Assembly: GCA_964641955.1 (NCBI GenBank)
Contig: CAZXNM010000005.1
Span: 164,066 to 228,065, forward strand
DNA: 64,000 nucleotides
Direction of reading: 5' to 3'
From: an uncultured Planctomycetota bacterium
GTDB taxonomy: Bacteria; Planctomycetota; SKW154; DAOVDS01
In this document: positions 1-8,657 of the stretch, piece after piece
Layout: every line of letters begins with the position of its first letter
Position numbering within the stretch: position 1 is the stretch's first letter
Position numbers and translations under genes: made by a program
Notes under the pieces: generated by a model
What the model saw: only the letters and a program-made list of their open reading frames with translations
Told to the model about the DNA's origin: nothing
Database searches by the model: none

Positions 1-719
1 CTGCCGTAAAGCAGCTTTCCGCAGACGTCGCTCAGCAGCGTCCCGGGCCTGTCGTACCTGTGTTCGAGCCCCTGCAGCGCCCGCTCCCTGTAGCGGCGAA
101 TCTCATCCTCGTCGAACCTCGGGTTCATTAGCACGTCGGCGAGCATCTTCAGGCCCTTGTCGGTGTCCTCCTTCAGGACCGACAGGCTGGCCGAGCCGGA
201 CGAGAAGCCTATGCCGGTTGACAGCCTGCCCGCTATCTGTGCCATGTACTCGTCAATCTCCTCGCTCGTCATGCTTGTCGTGCCCTTGCGAAGCAGCGCT
301 CCACACATGGACGCCAGGCCGTTCTTCTCCTCCGGCTCGAACATGGAGCCGGTGCGCACCGTGACCTCGATGTCGAACGTGGGAAGCTCCCTGTCCTCGG
401 CAATGTAGAGAATCATGCCGCTGGCGAGCTTTAAGCGATAGTCTTCCGCCTTGGGCGGCTCGAACACGAGCGGCGGGAATTCGAGTTTGGACGGATGGTC
501 GACTATCTCCTCTACAGCCAATCTCGAAATCGGTTCGGGCTTGACAACAACGAGCTTCCCGTCCGGTCCGAAGGTCAGGCCGGTCAGGTCAAGTGCGGTT
601 TCCTTCTTTTCCTGCGCTGTCGGTTGGGCTGCCTGCTCCTTTGCGGGAGGCTGGCTGCAGCTCCAGAGCGCACAAAGCGTAAACATGAACGCAATGGCAA
701 TGGTGAAGTATCTAAGCAT
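1..719 (-). CDS. M16 family peptidase, second pair member (no HxxEH motif seen in the visible N-terminal part), putative lipoprotein; C-terminus runs off the window edge
   Basis: Reverse-strand translation from ATG at 719-717 gives MLRYFTIAIAFMFTLCALWSC... (lipoprotein-type signal) followed by M16-like sequence. It lies directly downstream of the catalytic M16 gene, and M16 peptidases commonly occur as pairs. It is not in the ORF track because the gene is truncated at position 1. Confidence 0.55.
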   Translation of the reverse strand, partial: MLRYFTIAIAFMFTLCALWSCSQPPAKEQAAQPTAQEKKETALDLTGLTFGPDGKLVVVKPEPISRLAVEEIVDHPSKLEFPPLVFEPPKAEDYRLKLASGMILYIAEDRELPTFDIEVTVRTGSMFEPEEKNGLASMCGALLRKGTTSMTSEEIDEYMAQIAGRLSTGIGFSSGSASLSVLKEDTDKGLKMLADVLMNPRFDEDEIRRYRERALQGLEHRYDRPGTLLSDVCGKLLYG

Positions 720-731
720 CACAGCCTCCTC

Positions 732-2531
732 TCAGTGCTGCCGGAATTCGGATGATTCCTTCTTTTCGTCTTTCTTCTCCGGTTCTTTTTTCTCTTTCTC
801 GATACCCACGGCCACTATCTTCGGCGGCGAGGGCAGCATCTTGGCTAACTGGTGTTCCTGGATTTCTTTAAGCCTCTTCTCGGCCCCAGTGCGGTCGTCG
901 AGGTCGAACCGGCCGATTTCCATGTAAATTGTCTTTTCATCCATGCGCACGTTGCCATCAGGGAACTGCGGCAGTATCATGTTTTTCAAGCCTTCTATAT
1001 TCACTTCAATCTCGGGCGAGCGCGGGAGTGTTCCGACAAGCACGGTGAGATACGGGCCGCCCGCCTTCTTCGGCTGGGTGACAATGCCGACTGTCCGGTT
1101 GTTCTTCGTAAAATACTTCTTGGCAACGCGCATGATGTCTTCGGTTGTTACAGCCGCAAGCTTCGCCGGCGCTTCGAGCAGGCGCTTCCAGCTGTCCATA
1201 ATCTCCGCGCCAGCCAGCATGAACGCAAGGTAGCTGTTGGATGCGAGCATTCGTATCTGCTGCGCCTTGAGCTGCTTCTTGGCGCGTTCCAGGTCTTTCT
1301 GCGCCACAGGCTCGGTCTTGAGGCTCTCGATAATCGCGTATATGGCCTTCTCGACTTCTTCCGGCGAGTGGCTGCCTTTCGTCCTGCCGCGGAAGGTGAA
1401 CGTGCCGGGGAACTTCGATGGCCTGAACCCGCACGAGCAGGAGGTCGCAAGCTCCTTCTTGCGGACTATCTCCTTGTACAGGACGCCTGTGTTGTCAGAT
1501 ATGACCTGGGAGAGCACCTGCAGCACGTAGCTGTCGTCGTGCTTGACCGAAGGCACGTGGTAGGCGATGGTAACGAACGGCTGCGTGTCAATCTCGCCGT
1601 ATAAGCGCTTCTCGAAGCGCTGCGGAGGCTCCACGGTCACGACCGGCGGCGGGTCCGCACCGCGCGGAATGCGCCCGAAGTACTTCTCGGCGAGCTTGAA
1701 CGCATCCTGCGCCTTCAGGTCGCCCACCAGCACCACGACGGCGTTGTTGGGGATGTAGTAGGTGTCGTGGTACTTCTTCGCCTTCGCCAGCGTCATGTTG
1801 TTCAGGTCAACCATCCAGCCCACCACGGACCACGTGTAGGGATGCGCGTCGTATACGACCGCGTCGAATGTCTCGTTGAAGAAGCCGGTCGGGCGGTTCT
1901 CCATGAGCCTGCGCTCTTCCCTGACCACGTCGAGCTCCGAGTAGAACTCCCTGAACACCGCGTTCGCCATGCGGTCTGATTCCATCCAGAAGAAAAGCTC
2001 CAGCTTGTTCGACGGCACCGTCACGATATAGCCGGTGAAGTCGTTGCTCGTGAACGCGTTCATGCCGGTGGCGCCGTTCTGCATGTAGACCTGCCATATC
2101 TGGTCTTTTATCATGATTTTTTTCTGCGCGGCGCGAAGCTCCTCGAGCTCCTTCTGCAGCTCAGCCAGCTTCCCGGCGTTCTTCTCTTTGTCCTTGCCGA
2201 GCGTTCGCATCTCGAGCACGACCTCGTCAATGCGCTTGTTGTACTCGGCGTCCTTCACGGGGTCCTTGGTGCCAATGACCTTCGTGCCTTTGAACATCAT
2301 GTGCTCGCAGAGGTGCGACAGGCCGGTAATGCCCGTGACCTCGTTTGCAGAGCCGACGTTGTAGAACAGCCTGCAGACGACTTCGGGCGTGCCCTTGCGC
2401 TCGACGACGAGGATTTTGAGCCCGTTCCCGAGCACTTTCTCCTTCACATCGATATTGAGCGCCTCGTCCTGCGCCACAGCCGCCGCGCAGAGCAGAAGAA
2501 CCACACTGACAGCGAGAAACAGTCTCCTCAT
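732..2531 (-). CDS. M16 family zinc metallopeptidase (insulinase/pitrilysin-like), secreted
   Basis: 599-aa ORF with an N-terminal signal peptide and the inverted zinc-binding motif HLCEHMMFKGT (HxxEH). RBS GGGGGT lies upstream of ATG at 2531. Confidence 0.8.
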   Translation of the reverse strand: MRRLFLAVSVVLLLCAAAVAQDEALNIDVKEKVLGNGLKILVVERKGTPEVVCRLFYNVGSANEVTGITGLSHLCEHMMFKGTKVIGTKDPVKDAEYNKRIDEVVLEMRTLGKDKEKNAGKLAELQKELEELRAAQKKIMIKDQIWQVYMQNGATGMNAFTSNDFTGYIVTVPSNKLELFFWMESDRMANAVFREFYSELDVVREERRLMENRPTGFFNETFDAVVYDAHPYTWSVVGWMVDLNNMTLAKAKKYHDTYYIPNNAVVVLVGDLKAQDAFKLAEKYFGRIPRGADPPPVVTVEPPQRFEKRLYGEIDTQPFVTIAYHVPSVKHDDSYVLQVLSQVISDNTGVLYKEIVRKKELATSCSCGFRPSKFPGTFTFRGRTKGSHSPEEVEKAIYAIIESLKTEPVAQKDLERAKKQLKAQQIRMLASNSYLAFMLAGAEIMDSWKRLLEAPAKLAAVTTEDIMRVAKKYFTKNNRTVGIVTQPKKAGGPYLTVLVGTLPRSPEIEVNIEGLKNMILPQFPDGNVRMDEKTIYMEIGRFDLDDRTGAEKRLKEIQEHQLAKMLPSPPKIVAVGIEKEKKEPEKKDEKKESSEFRQH

Positions 2532-2644
2532 GGCAGAATACCCCCAAAGTAGATAAAGCAGGAGTTTACAGATATTCGATGTTTATACGCTTTGCAAGTG
2601 AAAAGGTGAGGAGAGCACTTCCGGTGCGGACAATCCTGCAGCAC

Positions 2645-3640
2645 CTACTTCGACTGCCCGAATTTATCCTTGTTCTTCTCCCACCAGTCGCGCCACTTCT
2701 TCTGCGCTTCCCGGCGTTCCTTGTCACTGCAGAGGAAATCGTGAGTCAGCTTTTCCCCAGTCTGGAAATACAGACCCCTGATTGCTTCAGTGGCAACGCT
2801 TCCCGATTTGTCCGTGATAATCTCAATCAGGATGGGTATCGCACTGGCGCTCTTCATCTTGCCGAATGCCTTGGCTGCGGCTCTGCATACTTCCTTCTGC
2901 TCGTCTTTAAGTGCGGCTGTTAGGGTTTCTGCGGCGCTTGCCGCGTTCCAGTCCGCAACGATTCTCGCGGCGCGCACGCGCAGAAGCTCCGGCTCGCCCG
3001 CGTTCCCCAGGATAGCCAGAATCTCGGTCAAAGCCTCTTTGGCCTCGATTGCCCCGAGCGCGCCGAGCGCGGCGTAACGCACCTTCTTCGATTTGTCGGC
3101 AAGCGCCTCGATGCACAGCGGCGCGGCCTCTCTCGCCTTTGTCAGGTGAAACACGAGGAAGCAGTGAAACAGCGCCCAGTCTTCCGATGCACCTCGCTTC
3201 TTCTTGGCGAGCAGCTTCCTGCATTCTGCCATGGAGGGGCTGACCGATTCCCGGCTGATTCTGGTAAGCGCGTATGCAGCTTCGTTGCTGACGTACAGCT
3301 CGCTGTCTTCAAGGCATGTAACGAGTTCCGGAATGAGCTTCGCATCCTTGAGCCGCGCCGCCGCGACGCAACCGATATGACGGAAGCACCCTTCCTTGTC
3401 CGTTATCAATTCTCTTGCCACGGGAACGTCATTATCGAGCACTATCCTGTCCAGAAGCTGTATCTGGATTATTGTGTCACTTGTCAGCGCTTCTCCTTTT
3501 TCTTTCAGGCACTTGCGATATTCCTTCAGCAAATCCTCTGAGCTTCGGCCACCGCAGCCGGTCATGGCTGCAAGCGTTAATAGAAGAACTGATATGTATT
3601 TGAGAGCGTACACTATTCGAGCTCCTGTGCGATTTTCCAT
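2645..3640 (-). CDS. HEAT-repeat (PBS-lyase HEAT-like) lipoprotein
   Basis: Lipobox ...LAAMTGC. Repeated A..ALG.IG/..A...L motifs typical of HEAT-like repeats. The start overlaps the upstream gene by 28 nt, which suggests an operon. Confidence 0.6.
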   Translation of the reverse strand: MENRTGARIVYALKYISVLLLTLAAMTGCGGRSSEDLLKEYRKCLKEKGEALTSDTIIQIQLLDRIVLDNDVPVARELITDKEGCFRHIGCVAAARLKDAKLIPELVTCLEDSELYVSNEAAYALTRISRESVSPSMAECRKLLAKKKRGASEDWALFHCFLVFHLTKAREAAPLCIEALADKSKKVRYAALGALGAIEAKEALTEILAILGNAGEPELLRVRAARIVADWNAASAAETLTAALKDEQKEVCRAAAKAFGKMKSASAIPILIEIITDKSGSVATEAIRGLYFQTGEKLTHDFLCSDKERREAQKKWRDWWEKNKDKFGQSK

Positions 3641-4800
3641 AGGAGAACGGACACGTTTCCTTCCATCCCGTTCACATGAGAATCATCGCTGCAGCATCCG
3701 TAGGAAAACAATGTCGGGTGCTTGAGCACATCAAGGGCAACGGCACACCAGTGGAGCGACAGGTCGTATTCTTTCCAATTGTAGTAAGTTTCGGCAATGC
3801 CGAGTGCGCAGGAATACTTGTCAGGCCCTGTTTCCACGATTCCGGGGTCTACGCCCTGCTCAATCATCGCGTAGCACTTTTTATAGTAGCTAATGGCTTC
3901 TTCATACTCCTCGATGAAATTCAGTTTGTGCGCCATTATCTGCCATGGAAGGGCTCTGTCGGGATATTTCTCAGTAATGAGAGCGGAATACCAGGCGATT
4001 GCCTTTCGCGGACAGCAATGCGCATATGAACTGTACAGGTTGTAGTACCTGTTGAATTTCTCCAGAGGGTCCTCGACCTCGTAGAAATACGTGAACCCGA
4101 ACCACTTGTTTTCAGGGTCTCTGCCAGTAGTGTTGTCTTGTGACAGGTCTGGAAACGCCTTCGACAGCGCTCCCCAGTCAATCTTGAGCCTGAATGCGTA
4201 GAGGCCTTCTTCGAGGCTGTCCGGATTGCCCGCCGACACGAACCAGCCGCACTCGACCCGGTCGCCATCCGTCAGGGACATCCTGTCGCTCGTGAGCGGC
4301 ACATCTTCCATGCAACAGTCCGGATGCAGTACTCCGCCCACCCATTCGTGGGTGAAGGTGTGACCGGGAAGCAGGTGTACTTCGAAGTCAGAGCCTGAAC
4401 AAGATATGGTTTCGGGCTCTTCTTCCCCATCTCCTTCCTTTTCTTCATCATCATCTCGCGAGACAAGACGCGCGGCTTCGAAAGATACATATTCCCACCA
4501 TTTCTGGTACTCCGTGCATACTTCGAGCGGCTCGCTTCCATCGCACCACAGCATGACGGTGATGAACGTCGGCATTTTCTTGTCTGTGGCAAAAAGGTCG
4601 TGGCTCTGAATATCGACTGAGTTAAATGCACGCGAGAGCATTCTTCTATGGTATTCGGAGCGCTGTTCGATGTTATCGGGATAGAGGAAACCTTCGCTTG
4701 AGCTGCCGTCACCGTTGATGCTGAATTCCTTGTCGCTGCCTCCGAAAGAAAGGAGGGCGACCGAACAGGCCAGCCCCGCGACTAACAAAAGCCTTCTCAT
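3613..4800 (-). CDS. hypothetical secreted protein, C-terminal TPR-like region
   Basis: 395-aa ORF with a signal peptide MRRLLLVAGLACSVALLSF and RBS GGGAGA upstream. No recognisable catalytic motifs. Confidence 0.5.
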   Translation of the reverse strand: MRRLLLVAGLACSVALLSFGGSDKEFSINGDGSSSEGFLYPDNIEQRSEYHRRMLSRAFNSVDIQSHDLFATDKKMPTFITVMLWCDGSEPLEVCTEYQKWWEYVSFEAARLVSRDDDEEKEGDGEEEPETISCSGSDFEVHLLPGHTFTHEWVGGVLHPDCCMEDVPLTSDRMSLTDGDRVECGWFVSAGNPDSLEEGLYAFRLKIDWGALSKAFPDLSQDNTTGRDPENKWFGFTYFYEVEDPLEKFNRYYNLYSSYAHCCPRKAIAWYSALITEKYPDRALPWQIMAHKLNFIEEYEEAISYYKKCYAMIEQGVDPGIVETGPDKYSCALGIAETYYNWKEYDLSLHWCAVALDVLKHPTLFSYGCCSDDSHVNGMEGNVSVLLWKIAQELE

Positions 4801-4879
4801 GCGGAATCTCCCGCGTTTCTTGTCTGCCGGGTGTGATATTCCCCGCTGATTAGACGAGTGCCGGCGCGAAAGATAAGAA

Positions 4880-5788
4880 TCAGTCTTTCCTGTTTTCTTC
4901 TTTTTCTTCCTGCGCGAGGTAGGCCTGGAGAGCTTCGCGCCAGTGGCGCTGGGGCGGCAGGCCCTCGGCCAGCCAGCGCAGGTTCTGCAGCACAGAATTC
5001 GCGGGCCGCGGGGCAGGGCGCCCGAACGCCTTCGTCGTCGTCGGCTTGATTTTGGTCTTTGAGCCTGTAAGCCTGGCGATTTCCTGTGCGAACTCGAACC
5101 AGGAACAGGTGCCGGAGTTGGTCACGTGCCAGACGCCTTCATACGGCCTGCCCGCGACAAGCCCACGGCCCAGCTTCGCCAGCGCTTCGGCGAGGTCGAC
5201 CGCGTAGGTGGGCGAGCCGCGCTGGTCTTCGACCACGGATATCTCGTCTTTCTCCGAGCAGAGATGCTTAATGGTCCTCACGAAGTTCTTCCCGCCCACG
5301 CCGTAGAGCCACGAGGTGCGCACGACCGCGACCCTCGCGCCGCTCTGGAGCGCAAGATGCTCCGACCAGAGCTTCGACTTGCCATATACGCCCTGCGGGT
5401 TGGTCTGGTCGAACTCGCAATAGGCTTCCTTTTTTGTCCCATCAAAGACATAGTCGGTCGAGACTGTGACGAGCGGAATGCCTGCTTCGCGGCAGGCTGC
5501 CGCCACGCGGGCTGTGGCGAGCGCGTTGCCCTGGTAGGCTTCCTGCATTCTCTCCTCGGCGCCGTCCACGTCGGTGAACGCGGCGCAGTGGAAGACCAGC
5601 CCGACGTCCGAGCCGCTGATTACGGGCCCGACCTTGGTCTCATCCACGAGGTCCATGCAGGCGAACTCGTGGCCCCGGTCGTCGCAGTCATCGAGCCTGT
5701 CCAGGAGCAGCAGCTCGTACTCCGGCGCGAGCACATCAATCAGGTCGCGCGCCAGCATTCCGGCTGCTCCCGTGACTGCGACTTTCAT
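4880..5788 (-). CDS. rmlD: dTDP-4-dehydrorhamnose reductase
   Basis: MKVAVTGAAGMLARDL... Rossmann GxxGxxG, YxxxK (YGKSK) and RfbD family features. RBS AGGGAG lies before the internal ATG at 5788; the ORF-track upstream extension is rejected. Confidence 0.85.
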   Translation of the reverse strand: MKVAVTGAAGMLARDLIDVLAPEYELLLLDRLDDCDDRGHEFACMDLVDETKVGPVISGSDVGLVFHCAAFTDVDGAEERMQEAYQGNALATARVAAACREAGIPLVTVSTDYVFDGTKKEAYCEFDQTNPQGVYGKSKLWSEHLALQSGARVAVVRTSWLYGVGGKNFVRTIKHLCSEKDEISVVEDQRGSPTYAVDLAEALAKLGRGLVAGRPYEGVWHVTNSGTCSWFEFAQEIARLTGSKTKIKPTTTKAFGRPAPRPANSVLQNLRWLAEGLPPQRHWREALQAYLAQEEKEENRKD

Positions 5789-5848
5789 GCCATTGCTCCC
5801 TGTACCGGGGGTGCGTTCGAGCATCCCCGGCCTGAAGGCCGGGGTTTG

Positions 5849-6808
5849 TTATGGATTTTTTAGTTTCTCCCACCAGGGGCGGTTGTTCCTGTACCATTCG
5901 ACGGTCTGTGCAAGCTCGGTGTCGAAATCAGCCTGCGGCTCCCATCCGAGGCTGCGAATCTTGGCGCAGTTCAGCGAGTAGCGCCTGTCGTGCCCCAGCC
6001 GGTCGGGGACGTACTCTATCAGGCTCTCGTCTTTACCTGATAATTCGAGTATCTTCTTTGTGAGCTTGATGTTGGGAATCTCGAACCCGCCGCCTATGTT
6101 GTAGGCTTCGCCCGGCTCACCCTTGTGAATCGCGAGGTCTATCCCGCGGCAATTGTCAAGGACGTAGAGCCAGTCGCGCACGTTGAGCCCGTCGCCGTAA
6201 AGCGGCACCTTGATGCCGTCGAAGGCATTCGTAACGAAAAGCGGGATGACTTTCTCGGGATACTGGTACGGGCCGAAGTTGTTCGAGCTTCGGGTGATGA
6301 CGGCAGGCAGGCCGTAGGTTATGAAAAAGGAGCGCACCAGCATGTCCGCGCCGGCTTTCGAGGCGGAGTAGGGCGAGTTCGGGCGAATCGGCGACTCCTC
6401 GGTGAAAGAGCCTTCGAGAATCGAGCCGTAAACCTCGTCGGTCGAAATCTGCACGTAGAGTTTGTGTTCGTACTTCCTCGCCGCTTCGAGAAGGACCAGC
6501 GTGCCGAAGACATCGGTCTTGACGAACGGCTCCGGGCCTGTTATCGAGCGGTCAACGTGCGTCTCGGCCGCGAAGTTGACAATCACGTCCACGTCCGCTG
6601 CGATCCTGTCTACTACTTCCCGGTCGCAGATATCGCCCTTGACGAACGCGTACCTCGGGTCGTTCTCGATATCTTTCAGGTTTTCGAGATTCCCGGCGTA
6701 GGTCAGCTTGTCGAGGTTTGTGACCCTGTAGTCAGGGTATGTGGTGAGGATGTGGCGTATGAAGTTCGAGCCTATGAATCCCGCGCCCCCCGTGACAAGA
6801 AGGTGCAT
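5849..6808 (-). CDS. rmlB: dTDP-glucose 4,6-dehydratase
   Basis: MHLLVTGGAGFIGSNF..., an extended SDR with YxxxK (YSASK), typical of RfbB. The start is chosen at M9 (ATG 6808) with an upstream AAAGGA. Confidence 0.9.
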   Translation of the reverse strand: MHLLVTGGAGFIGSNFIRHILTTYPDYRVTNLDKLTYAGNLENLKDIENDPRYAFVKGDICDREVVDRIAADVDVIVNFAAETHVDRSITGPEPFVKTDVFGTLVLLEAARKYEHKLYVQISTDEVYGSILEGSFTEESPIRPNSPYSASKAGADMLVRSFFITYGLPAVITRSSNNFGPYQYPEKVIPLFVTNAFDGIKVPLYGDGLNVRDWLYVLDNCRGIDLAIHKGEPGEAYNIGGGFEIPNIKLTKKILELSGKDESLIEYVPDRLGHDRRYSLNCAKIRSLGWEPQADFDTELAQTVEWYRNNRPWWEKLKNP

Positions 6809-6810
6809 GC

Positions 6811-7266
6811 CTACCCGTCCTTTCTCGTCCATTCATAGGGGATGTCGTTCTCGTGGGGATGCACGCGGTACTCGTCGGGTTCCTTGTAGTTGTAGACCTC
6901 TGTGGGCGCGTTGACCACGATTGCCTCGTATTCGCTCACGCACTTGAAGCCGTGCATGACGCCTTTCGGTATGTGGACGAGTATCGGGTTCTGCTCGCCC
7001 GCGAAAAACTCGTTGACCTCGCCCTTCGTGGGCGAATCGTCGCGGCCGTCGTAGAGGACGATTTTCATCATGCCGCGCACGACAGCCATGTTGTCGGCCT
7101 GTATCTTGTGCAGGTGCCACGCCTTGACGACGCCGGGATAGGCGGTCGTCATGTAGACCTGCCCGAACTTCTCGAACATCTCGTCGTCCGCGCGCAGGAT
7201 TTCCATCAGCTTCCCGCGCTCGTCGGGAATGACCCGCAGCTTCTTGACCTTCACGCCGTCTATCAT
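6811..7266 (-). CDS. rmlC: dTDP-4-dehydrorhamnose 3,5-epimerase (short cupin form)
   Basis: 151-aa cupin with ...AWHLHK...HGF... RmlC-like residues. Its position between rmlA and rmlB supports the call. Confidence 0.75.
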   Translation of the reverse strand: MIDGVKVKKLRVIPDERGKLMEILRADDEMFEKFGQVYMTTAYPGVVKAWHLHKIQADNMAVVRGMMKIVLYDGRDDSPTKGEVNEFFAGEQNPILVHIPKGVMHGFKCVSEYEAIVVNAPTEVYNYKEPDEYRVHPHENDIPYEWTRKDG

Positions 7267-7288
7267 CGGAAACCTCCCTGGCGGTGCA

Positions 7289-8353
7289 TCATACTATCTC
7301 TATTCGCGAGGAATCGCCGACCATTATCCTGTGCGCGGCCGGCCGGCCCGTAGAGCGGACTATATGCACGCTCTTGCCTATCAGGCTGCCTTCTATGCGC
7401 TTTATGTCGCGTATCACGGAGTTCTCGCAGACGATGGAATGCTCGATCTCGCTGTTCTCGATTGTCACATCGAAGCATATCGAGGTGAAAGGGCCGATAT
7501 AGGAATGCGAAACGATGGTCTTTTCTCCGATTACGGCGGGTCCGCGAATGACGCTCTCCTCGACTTTCGCGCCTTTCTCGATTATCACGCTGCCCTCGAT
7601 GCGGCTCTTTGCGTCCACGTCGCCGTCGATGCGCTGCTCGATTCCTTCGAGCACTATCCTGTTCGCCTCCAGCAGGTCTTCGAGCTTGCCCGTGTCTTTC
7701 CACCATTCCTCTATGACGTGGTGGTGGACTTTGTAGTCGTTTTCCAGCAGGTACTGGATTGCGTCGGTTATCTCGAGTTCGTCGCGCCACGAGGGCTTGA
7801 TATTTTTGATAGCCTCGTAAATGTTCGGGTCGAAGAGGTAGACGCCGACGAGGGCGAGGTCGCTCGGCGGCTCCTTCGGCTTTTCTATCAGTCTCTTTAC
7901 ACTGCCGTCGGGGTTGAGTTCCGCCACGCCGAATGCGCTCGGGTTTTCCACGTGCGCAAGGAGTATGAGCGAGTTGCAGCCGCCATCCTCGAATTCCCTC
8001 ACGAGCTGGCCGAGGTCGTCCTTGACGAGGTTGTCGCCGAGGTACATCAGGAACGAATCGCCCGCCATGAATTCCTCGGCAATCTTTACCGCGTGGGCGA
8101 GCCCGAGCGGCGCATCCTGCCTGATGTAAGTAGTCTTGATGCCGAACTTGCCGCCGTCGCCGACTGCGGCCTCTATCTCGGCATGCGTGTCGCCGACTAT
8201 AATGCCGACCTCGGTAATCCCCGCAGCGGCGATTGCTTCGAGACCGTAGAAGAGAATGGGCTTGTTGGCGATTGGTATGAGCTGCTTGGCGCTCGTGTGT
8301 GTAATGGGCCGGAGCCTCGTGCCCGCCCCGCCGCTCAGGACCAGTGCCTTCAT
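7289..8353 (-). CDS. rmlA: glucose-1-phosphate thymidylyltransferase (long form with C-terminal left-handed beta-helix)
   Basis: MKALVLSGGAGTRLRPITHTSAKQL... nucleotidyltransferase signature GGxGTRLxPxT, plus hexapeptide repeats at the C-terminus. Start at ATG 8353 with RBS GGAGGT; the ORF-track N-terminal extension is rejected. Confidence 0.85.
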   Translation of the reverse strand: MKALVLSGGAGTRLRPITHTSAKQLIPIANKPILFYGLEAIAAAGITEVGIIVGDTHAEIEAAVGDGGKFGIKTTYIRQDAPLGLAHAVKIAEEFMAGDSFLMYLGDNLVKDDLGQLVREFEDGGCNSLILLAHVENPSAFGVAELNPDGSVKRLIEKPKEPPSDLALVGVYLFDPNIYEAIKNIKPSWRDELEITDAIQYLLENDYKVHHHVIEEWWKDTGKLEDLLEANRIVLEGIEQRIDGDVDAKSRIEGSVIIEKGAKVEESVIRGPAVIGEKTIVSHSYIGPFTSICFDVTIENSEIEHSIVCENSVIRDIKRIEGSLIGKSVHIVRSTGRPAAHRIMVGDSSRIEIV

Positions 8354-8497
8354 GCCGTAACCTCCGCTTCTCCCCGGGAAGTCCCCGAATATAAGCTCCG
8401 CCCGCCCCTTAGTCAAGCACAAAGAGATTGCCGGGCGGCAGCCCCTGATGCAGGTTGGGGAATGAGTTCTATATTCGGCTGAGAAGGCATAAAAAGC

Positions 8498-8526
8498 TTG
8501 ACTTTTAGCTTTTTAAGAACTATTAT
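8498..8526 (+). promoter_or_regulatory. candidate sigma70 promoter (TTGACT-N17-TATTAT)
   Basis: Near-consensus -35 TTGACT (8498-8503), a 17-nt spacer and -10 TATTAT (8521-8526), in the divergent intergenic region upstream of the 8658 gene. Confidence 0.4.
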
Positions 8527-8657
8527 TGACAGGCATGAAGAGCGGCGGGATGAGTCCTGCGCAAATTTTTACATTTTATATACATAACGATACGCGCCGC
8601 GCGGCATCAAATAGGTTGACGGGGACAGTGCATCCATAATTCAGGGGAGCCGAACAG

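Noticed and set aside
6833-8482. Long + strand ORFs (6853..7353, 7229..8482) across rmlC/rmlA
   Set aside because: Antisense to the well-supported rml operon genes.
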